Source of the DNA: a virus | Lineage: Duplodnaviria; Caudoviricetes | DNA length: 58,726 nucleotides | IMG/VR virus record: IMGVR_UViG_3300012942_000005 | Coordinates: 1 to 58,726 of that record | Strand: one strand, 5' to 3' | Notes under the pieces: model-generated | The model's input: only the letters and a program-made list of their open reading frames with translations | What the model was told of the DNA's origin: nothing | Database searches by the model: none | Shown here: positions 17,821 through 25,956 of the stretch, one piece after another | Layout of the letters: the number at the start of each line of letters is the position of its first letter | How positions within the stretch are numbered: the stretch's first letter is position 1 | Translations under genes and position numbers: made by a program

Positions 17821-18106
17821 CTCTCCGCTGCCCCCGACCGCGCCGATCGTGCGTAACCCGCAATCGAAATCGCGTGAATTCACGATGAAATCGCAACAAG
17901 CGATGGTCGATACTTACAGTTGGGAGTGCTGCCTTAACTGCGATCATTGGACGAAGAATCGCGTCGAGAGAGTAAAAGACGAGACCAAGTATTCCGGCTG
18001 GCGTGAGGAAAATCGCGGTCCGATCTGCATGAAATACGAAATGCTGCCGCCGCCCGAAGTGCAACTAATTGGTTGCGAAACCTACGAGCCAAGCATTCCG
18101 TTCTGA
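17813..18106 (+). CDS. Cys-rich small protein ending in IPF
   Basis: CLNC...C...GC; terminal EPSIPF. Confidence 0.65.
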   Translation: MSNSPLPPTAPIVRNPQSKSREFTMKSQQAMVDTYSWECCLNCDHWTKNRVERVKDETKYSGWREENRGPICMKYEMLPPPEVQLIGCETYEPSIPF

Positions 18107-18160
18107 CCTTTGGTGATATAGAATATTTCCTATTGAGTCGGCACATCAGGAGCTTCCGAA

Positions 18161-18850
18161 ATGCATATCGTGGTGGATAAGACGAATCTAAAAATGGTTG
18201 CGGCTGCGGCTAGCCTTAAATGGGCGAACCTGATCGCCTATGTCGATTTTGGCGAAGTCGCGACCTGTGTGGTGGATTCAGAGGACGGCCGCACGTGGAC
18301 GGTTCTCGATAAGGCGCAAATGGCCACGCTCTATACGAACATGAGCGGCCAGCCATCGCCCGAATATAAGGACGCCATCGAACAGCTGCGCGCCTATTCG
18401 TCCAGATGGCCGCTTTATCCGAAAACTGAACGCGACCTCGAACCTGTGGCCGAAGCCATTTATCAGGCGGAAATGGACGACCCTGAAATTCAATTGCATG
18501 CGGAAGAAACCGCAACAGCATTGAAACAGGAAGCCTTTCAGGCGACCGTGAGAGCTTGCGAGAATGCGCGCCCAGCCCAATCCTCGGAGCACCGCGCGGA
18601 AGCGCAGCAGCAAGCCGCCACGAAGCCGAAAGCGCCTCCTAGCGGCGAAGGCCAGCCCCGGCCGCGCCAAGGGATCACAAAAAAGATTTGGGAATACTGC
18701 GATATCGAACTCGCAGTGACCGGCCAGATGGGTGACCACAAGGCTTTCCGCCGCCGCGTGGTGGATCGAGTCAAGGCCGAGCACCCGGAAGCAAACGAAG
18801 GGACCATTGCTACACAGTTTGGGCATTGGCGTCGTGAACGGGGGCTGTGA
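18161..18850 (+). CDS. Paralog 3 of the GTxxxQ(Y/F)xxW family
   Basis: GITKKIWEYCD...EGTIATQFGHWRR; AGGAG RBS. Confidence 0.75.
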   Translation: MHIVVDKTNLKMVAAAASLKWANLIAYVDFGEVATCVVDSEDGRTWTVLDKAQMATLYTNMSGQPSPEYKDAIEQLRAYSSRWPLYPKTERDLEPVAEAIYQAEMDDPEIQLHAEETATALKQEAFQATVRACENARPAQSSEHRAEAQQQAATKPKAPPSGEGQPRPRQGITKKIWEYCDIELAVTGQMGDHKAFRRRVVDRVKAEHPEANEGTIATQFGHWRRERGL

Positions 18851-18927
18851 TGGCCCATCTGTGCAGTATTTTAACCGCGGCTCTTGCAGTCGCAATTCTT
18901 TCAATCGCTTGTCACAGGAGATTCAAA

Positions 18928-19110
18928 ATGCTGGATATCAAAGCACTGCAAGACGAAGTTAACGCCGAAATCGCCAAGGAAGAAACGACCAAGGCGAAGT
19001 CGCAATTGAAGCAAATCACGCGCGACATTCAGAACGCGAAGCAACTGGTCGCGAATCTGGAACGCAAGCGCGCCGACCTGCTGGTGGCCATCGGCGAAGG
19101 CACGAACTGA
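18928..19110 (+). CDS. Small coiled-coil protein
   Basis: AGGAG RBS; heptad-like MLDIKALQDEV... Confidence 0.6.
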   Translation: MLDIKALQDEVNAEIAKEETTKAKSQLKQITRDIQNAKQLVANLERKRADLLVAIGEGTN

Positions 19111-19111
19111 C

Positions 19112-19756
19112 ATGGACGTGCCTCGCATCCTAAGCAAGCCGCATCGGGTGCACTGGGCCGGCTTCACGACGACGACCGCCCGGCTGCAACAGGCCGGGTG
19201 GTCGTTGAGTGCCGAGCAGGATTTCCAAAACGATGGTATCCGGCTTGCGCTGCGCAACGAAGACGCCCAGCTGTACGGGATTACGGATCGAATATCGTTC
19301 TATCGACTTGCAGTCGATGATTACGAACGGTCGATGGCTCGATATAGGGAGCCGCGTTACAGCCGCGACTTCGGCAGTCCTTTGGCCAGCAGTGACGATG
19401 GCTTGCTCGACTTCCATGTGGTCAGAATGGCGAGCCAGATTATGGTTCATCATTTGGAGCGCACGAATCCGCTGGAACTGTTTAATTCCATCGACGCGGC
19501 TACGCAGATAACGAGGGAGAAAATTTCTCGTTTGGAAGATTTGGTGCCATTCGCGGCCCCGCTCGTCCAAACTAAGGAACTAATTGTCGATGAAAGCGAG
19601 GTTAGCGCGATTCTGGCCAAGCTGATCGATGCGCAGAAGCCCGAGCAAGAGCGTATTCGGGATCGCCAGCGCCTTCGCGAGAGCCGGGAAGGGCTAGAGC
19701 TAGGCGCTGATCCGCGAAGGCGCTTTCACGCTCAAATCCTCTCGATTGCTGCGTAG
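19112..19756 (+). CDS. Hypothetical protein
   Basis: 214-aa ORF adjacent to the previous stop. Confidence 0.7.
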   Translation: MDVPRILSKPHRVHWAGFTTTTARLQQAGWSLSAEQDFQNDGIRLALRNEDAQLYGITDRISFYRLAVDDYERSMARYREPRYSRDFGSPLASSDDGLLDFHVVRMASQIMVHHLERTNPLELFNSIDAATQITREKISRLEDLVPFAAPLVQTKELIVDESEVSAILAKLIDAQKPEQERIRDRQRLRESREGLELGADPRRRFHAQILSIAA

Positions 19757-19764
19757 GAGGGAAC

Positions 19765-19947
19765 ATGTTCGAAAATCATCATTTGCCTTCGGTGTGTAGG
19801 GGCAAGCCGCATATTCAGAAAGTCGGTGGATACTGGCAAATAAGTACGATGAAGCGGCCGAAGTACGATCAGTTGGAGCGCTGGCGTTTGGCGTATAACT
19901 TTGTTTTTCGGCTGAATGGCGTTCCGCGCCACGATGTACCAGTTTAA
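19765..19947 (+). CDS. Small hypothetical protein
   Basis: AGGAGG RBS. Confidence 0.55.
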   Translation: MFENHHLPSVCRGKPHIQKVGGYWQISTMKRPKYDQLERWRLAYNFVFRLNGVPRHDVPV

Positions 19948-20048
19948 AGAACTAGGCCGCGAACCAAGGTTAGACGGTTTGGCCAGCGGTTCGCGGAAAG
20001 GGTGGTTCTCCGGGTACCATCTAGTAAAACCCGGAACAAATTTAGGTC

Positions 20049-20077
20049 TTGCGTTTGATATTGGTTGCGGATAAGAT
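20049..20077 (+). promoter_or_regulatory. sigma70-type promoter upstream of the histone-like gene and RNA cluster
   Basis: TTGCGT-17-TAAGAT. Confidence 0.6.
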
Positions 20078-20133
20078 TCTTTCACCGCTAACGCATACGC
20101 GGCCCGCCATTAAATAGCCACAAAGGAAGAACT

Positions 20134-20712
20134 ATGACCGAAAGCACCAAAGCCCCGGAAACGGCAGACAAGGCCGCAGTGAAAGCGGCGAAGGACGCCG
20201 AGAAGGCGAAGAAGGCACAAGAAAAGGCCGACGCGAAAGCGAAAGCAGATGCCGAAAAGGCACAAGCGAAGCAAGCGGCCGAAGCCGCGAAGCTGTCGAA
20301 GGACACGAAGAACGGCATCACGCGACCGGCGCGTGGCGTCACGCTGCTGGTATGGACCACCGCCGATGCAATGTCGGCCGCGAAGGAAGCTCCCGCCGAA
20401 CGCGCCGACGTGGTCAAGGCGCTCGACGGCAAGGTCGAACAGGGCACCGTGCACACGCAGTTCGGCCGGTGGCGCAAGTATTATGGTCTGACCGAGACCA
20501 AGGAACAGCGCCAGACGCGTCTGGCCGACGCGAAGGCTGCGACCGCCGCGAAGAAAGCCGAGGAAAAGGCCAAGAAAGACGCGGAAAAGGCCGAAGCTAA
20601 GGTCAAGGCAGATGCCGAAAAGGCCGAGAAAGCCAAGGCCAAGGCCGACGCGAAGGCTGCGGCAGATGCGGAAAAGGCTCGCAAAGCCGAAGCCGCGAAG
20701 CAAGACGCTTAG
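20134..20712 (+). CDS. Lys/Ala-rich histone H1-like protein with central paralog-4 domain
   Basis: KA/DA/EK repeats flanking GVTLLVWTTAD...QGTVHTQFGRWRK. Confidence 0.8.
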   Translation: MTESTKAPETADKAAVKAAKDAEKAKKAQEKADAKAKADAEKAQAKQAAEAAKLSKDTKNGITRPARGVTLLVWTTADAMSAAKEAPAERADVVKALDGKVEQGTVHTQFGRWRKYYGLTETKEQRQTRLADAKAATAAKKAEEKAKKDAEKAEAKVKADAEKAEKAKAKADAKAAADAEKARKAEAAKQDA

Positions 20713-20736
20713 CAACAACCGCAGTAAGTTGCCGGT

Positions 20737-20801
20737 CGGCTGGGGTAGGTACAGATAGGGCTTTTTCACCCTATCACGCGTTCGAGTCGCGGCCCAGTTG
20801 T
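20737..20801 (+). ncRNA. D-armless tRNA-like element
   Basis: Acceptor-like CGGCTGGG/CCCAGTTG, 7-bp stem GATAGGG/CCCTATC with 8-nt loop, T-arm CGCG-TTCGAGT-CGCG; no D stem or encoded CCA. Confidence 0.6.
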
Positions 20802-20818
20802 AATAGTTTAACTCGCGA

Positions 20819-21259
20819 TATCAGCAGATCGGGCGCGCAGCGCTTAAGAAAAGTTGAGGAGTTGCCTTAAGGGAAGTCGCTACCGAAAGGCCCGAAGCGC
20901 GTACCGGTAAAAGTGGGTGAGCCATGCCAACCACAGCCGATCACAGAGACGACAAGTCTCAATGCGGCCGAGAGTTGATGGAGATACCCAAGCAACGCGC
21001 GTAAGTCTATTGGATACAGGGGCGGCCTATCGCGACGATGCGCGGCGGTCGCCGCCCCGACCGACATTTTAGAACGTTTATCCAGGGGTTACGGCACCTT
21101 TAGTCGAGGGCGGTCAACTGGGCGGCGTGACTAACCGCAATCAGTTCCTTGGCACGAACTCCGCGATAAGCGTTCTAGACGGACCGACCATCCGTGAAGT
21201 GGGCAAGGTCAACGAGTCAGTGAACTCTAAAAAGATAGCCCTAGGATGCTTTTCTGATA
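20819..21259 (+). ncRNA. Candidate large structured ncRNA (~440 nt)
   Basis: No credible ORF; ends pair with each other and more than ten nested helices are visible. Confidence 0.7.
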
Positions 21260-21264
21260 GAATT

Positions 21265-21339
21265 GGTTTAATCGTCCAGCGGTTAGGACAGCGCCCTGTC
21301 ACGGCGCAGACTCGGGTTCGACTCCCGATTAGACCGCCA
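21265..21339 (+). tRNA. tRNA-Asp(GUC)
   Basis: Full cloverleaf: GGTTTAA/TTAGACC, GTCC/GGAC, GCGCC-CTGTCAC-GGCGC, TCGGG-TTCGACT-CCCGA, G73, CCA. Confidence 0.95.
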
Positions 21340-21410
21340 AGCATTACCGCAGTTGGCACCGGCTTTTGCCGATCCCTTAGCCCGCTCACCTTAGAGACTC
21401 ACCACAATCC

Positions 21411-22163
21411 ATGCAACAGATTAACTTCCAGCGTCCCGAAAAGGCGACGACTCAGGGCAATGGCGAAATCCTCCTAATCCACTCTGTGTTTTTTACAATT
21501 CAAGGCGAGGGTCCGAATGTCGGCAAACCTGCTGTTTTTGTGCGCCTTGGCGGCTGCAATCTTCAATGTCCGGGTTGCGACACTGACTACACGCATGGAG
21601 TCGCAAACGAACACATCGAGTCCATCGTTACTCGAATTGGAATGGCTTTTGGTGATTACAAGGGCGAACGCTTGGTAGTTATCACGGGCGGCGAGCCGTT
21701 CAGGCAAGAACTCGAACGGTTTATCAACAGTTTGTTTCGGCTGGGATACGTGGTGCAGATTGAAACGAATGGTACGCTCGGTTTTCGCGAGCCGGAAGAA
21801 CTGACGTTCTTTGCAAGAAGATTTCTTCAAATCGTGGTCAGCCCTAAAGCGGGCAAAGTTGCCGAAAGCCTCTATCCGTGGATCACGGCGTACAAGTATG
21901 TGCTGGATATCGTGCATATCGATCCGAAAGACGGATTACCGACTTCGGCGCTAGGTATGCCGGCCGCACCTGCTCGGCCGCATGCTGGCTTTTTTGGCGA
22001 CGTGTACGTGCAACCCGCTGACGAGCCGAAAGAGGAAGAATTTGAAGACGTCGGTGCAATCAATCGCGCGAACGACGATAACCTAGAAGCTTGCATTCAA
22101 GTTGCCAAGAAGTTCGGTTATCGGGTCTGCATTCAAACTCATAAGATTCTTGGCGTCGCATAA
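21411..22163 (+). CDS. queE: 7-carboxy-7-deazaguanine synthase (radical SAM)
   Basis: TIQGEG, FVRLGGCNLQCPGCDT, TGGEP, IETNGT, VSPK, QTHK. Confidence 0.95.
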   Translation: MQQINFQRPEKATTQGNGEILLIHSVFFTIQGEGPNVGKPAVFVRLGGCNLQCPGCDTDYTHGVANEHIESIVTRIGMAFGDYKGERLVVITGGEPFRQELERFINSLFRLGYVVQIETNGTLGFREPEELTFFARRFLQIVVSPKAGKVAESLYPWITAYKYVLDIVHIDPKDGLPTSALGMPAAPARPHAGFFGDVYVQPADEPKEEEFEDVGAINRANDDNLEACIQVAKKFGYRVCIQTHKILGVA

Positions 22164-22191
22164 ATTGTAGTTCAAACTCTGGAGTTTCAAA

Positions 22192-22923
22192 ATGAGCAAA
22201 GCGGTAATCGTATTTTCGGGCGGTCAGGATTCAACGACCGTCCTCGGCATGGCTCGTCACATGGGCTATGATTGCTACGCCATCGGCTTCGACTACGGCC
22301 AGAAGCACGCGGTCGAGTTGCAGCAAGCGCGGAAGATTGCGGCCAAGCTCGGCGTACCGTACCATGTGGTCAATATCCGCGAATTCGGCAAGCTCGTCGG
22401 CGCGGGATCGGCCCTACTGAACAACGGGCAAGAAGTGACCGACGCTTCGCGCATCGTGAAGGACGTACCGGCTTCGTTCGTGCCGAATCGCAATGCAGTC
22501 ATGCTCACGATCGCGCACGGCTACGCGCAGATGATCGAGGCGGATACGGTCTGGACTGGCGTCTGTCAGACGGACTACAGCGGCTACCCGGATTGCCGGC
22601 TGGAGTTTATTCAGAAACTGAATGTCGCCTTGAATCTCGGGTACAAGACGCAAATCTCGATTCTGACGCCGCTGATGCATTGCACGAAGGGCGAAACGTT
22701 CAAGTTGGCAGAAGAAGCGGGCGTGCTCGACTTGGTGATCGAGGAGTCGCATACGTGCTATAACGGCATCCGACAAGTCGGCCCGACGATGCCTGACCGT
22801 TGGGAATGGGGCCACGGCTGCGGCGAGTGCCCGGCTTGCCTACTGCGCGCGAAGGGCTGGGAAGACTACAAGGCAATGGAACATATCGCGGAAGGCCGGG
22901 TCACTGGGAAGGCGGCGCAATAA
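22192..22923 (+). CDS. queC: 7-cyano-7-deazaguanine (preQ0) synthase
   Basis: SGGQDS, DYGQKH, FVPNRN, GYPDCR, TCY...CGECPAC. Confidence 0.96.
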   Translation: MSKAVIVFSGGQDSTTVLGMARHMGYDCYAIGFDYGQKHAVELQQARKIAAKLGVPYHVVNIREFGKLVGAGSALLNNGQEVTDASRIVKDVPASFVPNRNAVMLTIAHGYAQMIEADTVWTGVCQTDYSGYPDCRLEFIQKLNVALNLGYKTQISILTPLMHCTKGETFKLAEEAGVLDLVIEESHTCYNGIRQVGPTMPDRWEWGHGCGECPACLLRAKGWEDYKAMEHIAEGRVTGKAAQ

Positions 22924-23387
22924 TGTACCTCTCGACAAAATGTTATGGGCATGAAGAAGGACTTTCATGCGCCTTTCGCCAGTGGCGGGCGAATCATTCC
23001 CATTGCCAGCTGTTGCACGGGTACGCGCTCTCGTTCAAGTTCGTTTTTGCCGCAGACAAGCGCGACGAACGCGGCTGGGTGATGGACTTCGGCGGTCTCA
23101 AAGGGCTCAAGCAACAACTCAAGGATACCTTTGACCACAAAGTTGCTATCGCGGCCGACGATCCATATCGGGCAACGTTTATGTCGATGAACGACGTAGG
23201 AATCATGGACGTGTTGATTTTCGAAGGGGGTGTCGGTATCGAAAATTTCGCACGGGAAGCGTGGTACCTTGCGACCGTTTTCCTGAACGAAAACTACCCC
23301 GAGCACGTCAAGTCGCGCGGGCTCCGCGTAGTATCCTGCGAATGCGCCGAGCATGGCGCTAACTCTGCAATTTACGTCAACGATTAA
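22923..23387 (+). CDS. queD: 6-carboxy-5,6,7,8-tetrahydropterin synthase
   Basis: HCQLLHGY, VMDFGGLK, FDH, EN.A; start at ATG 22923 (TAATG overlap). Confidence 0.93.
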   Translation: MYLSTKCYGHEEGLSCAFRQWRANHSHCQLLHGYALSFKFVFAADKRDERGWVMDFGGLKGLKQQLKDTFDHKVAIAADDPYRATFMSMNDVGIMDVLIFEGGVGIENFAREAWYLATVFLNENYPEHVKSRGLRVVSCECAEHGANSAIYVND

Positions 23388-23394
23388 AGAGAAC

Positions 23395-24231
23395 ATGGGC
23401 GATCTTAAACAAGAAGTGCAAACCACCATTTTCGATGATGGTGACGAAGGCAAGCCGATGCAAAGGAGTATAACGGCCTCTCACAATTGTGCCAAGTGCG
23501 GCACCGGCTATGCTGGACCAGAGTGCAAAGGTAGCCCCGGTCTGTTTATTTCGGGCGTGGGTCATTTGAGCGATGCGGAAATTGCGGAGTTGATAGGTGC
23601 GAGGCCGAACTCGGTCGTTAGAGTTGGGCCGGTGTCGCAATTGGAGCCTATCAGCAAATCGCTGAGCGAAGGAGTCATCAGCGATTTGCTGGCGCATGTC
23701 ATCGGCGAGGACGTGAATCGCGAAGGGCTGCGCGAGACCCCGGCGCGGGTGGTGAAAGCATGGAAAGCATGGACTGCGGGCTATGCGCAAGACCCGGCCG
23801 AAGTGCTGAAAGTGTTCGAAGATGGTGGCGAAGCTACGCACGGCCAGTGGATCATCGTCAAGGATATCCCCATCTACAGTCACTGTGAACACCACCTCGC
23901 GCCGTTCTTCGGCACGGCCACGATCGGCTATGTGTCGAGTGGCCGGGTCGTCGGGCTTTCGAAGCTCGCGCGGCTCGCTGACGTGTATGCCAAGCGGCTG
24001 CAAGTGCAGGAGCGCCTTACGAATCAGATCGCAGACGCGCTGATTCAGGTACTTGATGCCCCGGTTGCCGCGGTGGCGCTGAATTGTCGCCACATGTGTA
24101 TGGAATCGCGCGGCATCCAGCGCACGGGCAGCAGCACGTCGACTTTCGCGTTCAAATGCGGCCCGATGGTGACCGTCGACGGGCTTAAAGAGTACCGCAT
24201 CGAATTCTTCGAACAGCTGTCGGTGCTCTGA
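23395..24231 (+). CDS. folE: GTP cyclohydrolase I with N-terminal extension
   Basis: GED..REGL.ETPARV, SHCEHHLAPFFG, GLSKLAR, RLQVQERLT, HMCMESRG. Confidence 0.95.
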   Translation: MGDLKQEVQTTIFDDGDEGKPMQRSITASHNCAKCGTGYAGPECKGSPGLFISGVGHLSDAEIAELIGARPNSVVRVGPVSQLEPISKSLSEGVISDLLAHVIGEDVNREGLRETPARVVKAWKAWTAGYAQDPAEVLKVFEDGGEATHGQWIIVKDIPIYSHCEHHLAPFFGTATIGYVSSGRVVGLSKLARLADVYAKRLQVQERLTNQIADALIQVLDAPVAAVALNCRHMCMESRGIQRTGSSTSTFAFKCGPMVTVDGLKEYRIEFFEQLSVL

Positions 24232-24500
24232 TGGAGAAGCGGCCCCCGAAACTGGTTGTTGCTCCGCGATTGGAGCATGCGGAGTACTTCGCGCGCGAGG
24301 TGATGCTGTGGGGCCGCTCCGAATGGAAGTATGTTAGCAGCCCCGAAAAGTTGCAGGGCATGCAATATGTTTTCATCTTCAAGGTGGTTGCGCCTCGCCA
24401 TCGATTCGGCTCGCATGGGGATGAGGAAAAGTACGAACAGATTCTGCAAATCCTCGCATCGCGCCACAACGTTCGCATCAACATTTACGTCCTGAAATGA
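24231..24500 (+). CDS. Hypothetical protein inside the deazaguanine operon
   Basis: TGATG and ATGA overlaps with folE and dpdA. Confidence 0.65.
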   Translation: MEKRPPKLVVAPRLEHAEYFAREVMLWGRSEWKYVSSPEKLQGMQYVFIFKVVAPRHRFGSHGDEEKYEQILQILASRHNVRINIYVLK

Positions 24501-25414
24501 ATCTCTATATCGCCGGTCTGTACACTGCGAACTTCCAGTATGGCGGTCCGGGCTGGAGCAATCTAGATGACCGGGAGAAGCAAGCCCATGCAAGCGTTGA
24601 GAACAAACTCGAGTCTTACCACTATATCGGGAAAGGACGGTATGCCTTACGGATTCGTGAGAACGGGGACCGAGTATTTTTGGACAGCGGAGCCTTTTCC
24701 GCGTTCTCGTTGGGGGTCGAAGTCGATCTGCCCGAATATTGCCGCTGGATACAAGAAAATCTCGACATTGTACGGGTCGAGGACGGCGATCTTATGGCTT
24801 CCGTACTTGATGGAATTGGCGATCCACTCAAGACGTATCGCAACCAACTCGCGATGGAACAATTGGGAGTTCGGCCTCTCCCTTGTTTTCACTATGGCGA
24901 GGACGAGCGGTATCTGGAACATTACATCGCAAATTACAGGTATATCACAATCGGCGGCATGGTGCCGATTTCGACGCCCCAATTATTCCATTGGCTTGAT
25001 CGAATCTGGAACAAGTACCTCATTGATGGGTCCGGTCGGGCTCGCATTAAGGTACATGGATTCGGACTGACTTCGCTACCGCTGATGCAGGAATATCCGT
25101 GGTATAGCGTTGACTCCTCATCATGGGTGCAAATCGGCGCGCACGGAAACATCATCATGGACGGTAAGACGCTCGCGTTTTCGAGCCAATCGCCTAGCCG
25201 AAAGAATGCGAATCAGCACGTCGACTCGCTCCCGGAGACTATGCGGTCTGCGATTGAGCAAAAGCTGGTCAGCATGGGATATGATCCTATCAGGCTTCGC
25301 GATATCCAATATAGTCGCTGGGCCTTTAACGCTGAGCAGTTCGCCAACATGGGCCGCGAACTCAAAGCGCGAGGAATTACGTTCGATAACCAGCAACCGG
25401 AGCTTTTCTCATGA
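24497..25414 (+). CDS. dpdA: DNA 7-deazaguanine transglycosylase (TGT fold)
   Basis: FLDSGAFSA, P.FH.GE, GG.V, VHGFG.T, SVDSSSW; follows que genes. Confidence 0.88.
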   Translation: MNLYIAGLYTANFQYGGPGWSNLDDREKQAHASVENKLESYHYIGKGRYALRIRENGDRVFLDSGAFSAFSLGVEVDLPEYCRWIQENLDIVRVEDGDLMASVLDGIGDPLKTYRNQLAMEQLGVRPLPCFHYGEDERYLEHYIANYRYITIGGMVPISTPQLFHWLDRIWNKYLIDGSGRARIKVHGFGLTSLPLMQEYPWYSVDSSSWVQIGAHGNIIMDGKTLAFSSQSPSRKNANQHVDSLPETMRSAIEQKLVSMGYDPIRLRDIQYSRWAFNAEQFANMGRELKARGITFDNQQPELFS

Positions 25415-25533
25415 ATACCCCTTTGTATGATCCGCTGACGAACCTCCTGTGGACACTTTTGATCGGCGCATTGAGCGGTACCGTGATGGGCACAGGTTTG
25501 GGAATCCTCATCGTCAAGCTGGGTTGGTTCTAA
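25411..25533 (+). CDS. Small membrane protein (40 aa)
   Basis: MNTPLYDPLTNLLWTLLIGALSGTVMGTGLGILIVKLGWF; ATGA overlap. Confidence 0.5.
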   Translation: MNTPLYDPLTNLLWTLLIGALSGTVMGTGLGILIVKLGWF

Positions 25534-25956
25534 ATGCCGTGGCCGAAAGGGCGACCGGCCGCAACTGTCGGCCGGATTGGCGAAACCAAACAAGCAGTGA
25601 TCGATGCGCTCAAATTGTGCGATTGGACTAAGACTGAACTCGCGCATTTTCTGGGCAAGCATAAGAACACGATCGATGGCAGCATTCGAAGTTTGAACGA
25701 AGCCGGTCAGTGCTATATCGTTAGATGGCAACGCGCGCAAGGGATCGGCGGAACCCCGGCCGCAATTTGGCGATGGGGTGCCGGGCTCAATGCGAAGAAG
25801 CCCCAAGGGCGCGACCGCAAGGCGGAAGGCAAGCGTAGGCGCGCGAAAGAGAAGGCAATCCGCCCCGATGCGGTAAAGTACGCAGCTATGATCGGATTGC
25901 CGGCTGGGCCGTTCGATCAGCTATTGAAATCTGCTGGAGTGGATGAGAATGCTTGA
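25534..25956 (+). CDS. Winged-helix DNA-binding protein
   Basis: TKTELAHFLG.HKNTI...L...G.CYIVRW. Confidence 0.65.
   Translation: MPWPKGRPAATVGRIGETKQAVIDALKLCDWTKTELAHFLGKHKNTIDGSIRSLNEAGQCYIVRWQRAQGIGGTPAAIWRWGAGLNAKKPQGRDRKAEGKRRRAKEKAIRPDAVKYAAMIGLPAGPFDQLLKSAGVDENA

Noticed and set aside
20819-21259. Large RNA as RNase P, tmRNA, or group I/II intron
   Set aside because: No GAGGAAAGUCC core, no tmRNA ends or tag frame, no group II domain V, no interrupted host gene; the TAGTC and GACTA segments are in the wrong order for group I P7
21340-21410. preQ1 riboswitch upstream of queE
   Set aside because: No class-I stem with A-rich tail is visible
24497-25414. tRNA-guanine transglycosylase (tgt) for tRNA queuosine
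   Set aside because: Lacks the C-terminal CxCxxC zinc site of bacterial TGT; motifs and context fit phage DpdA
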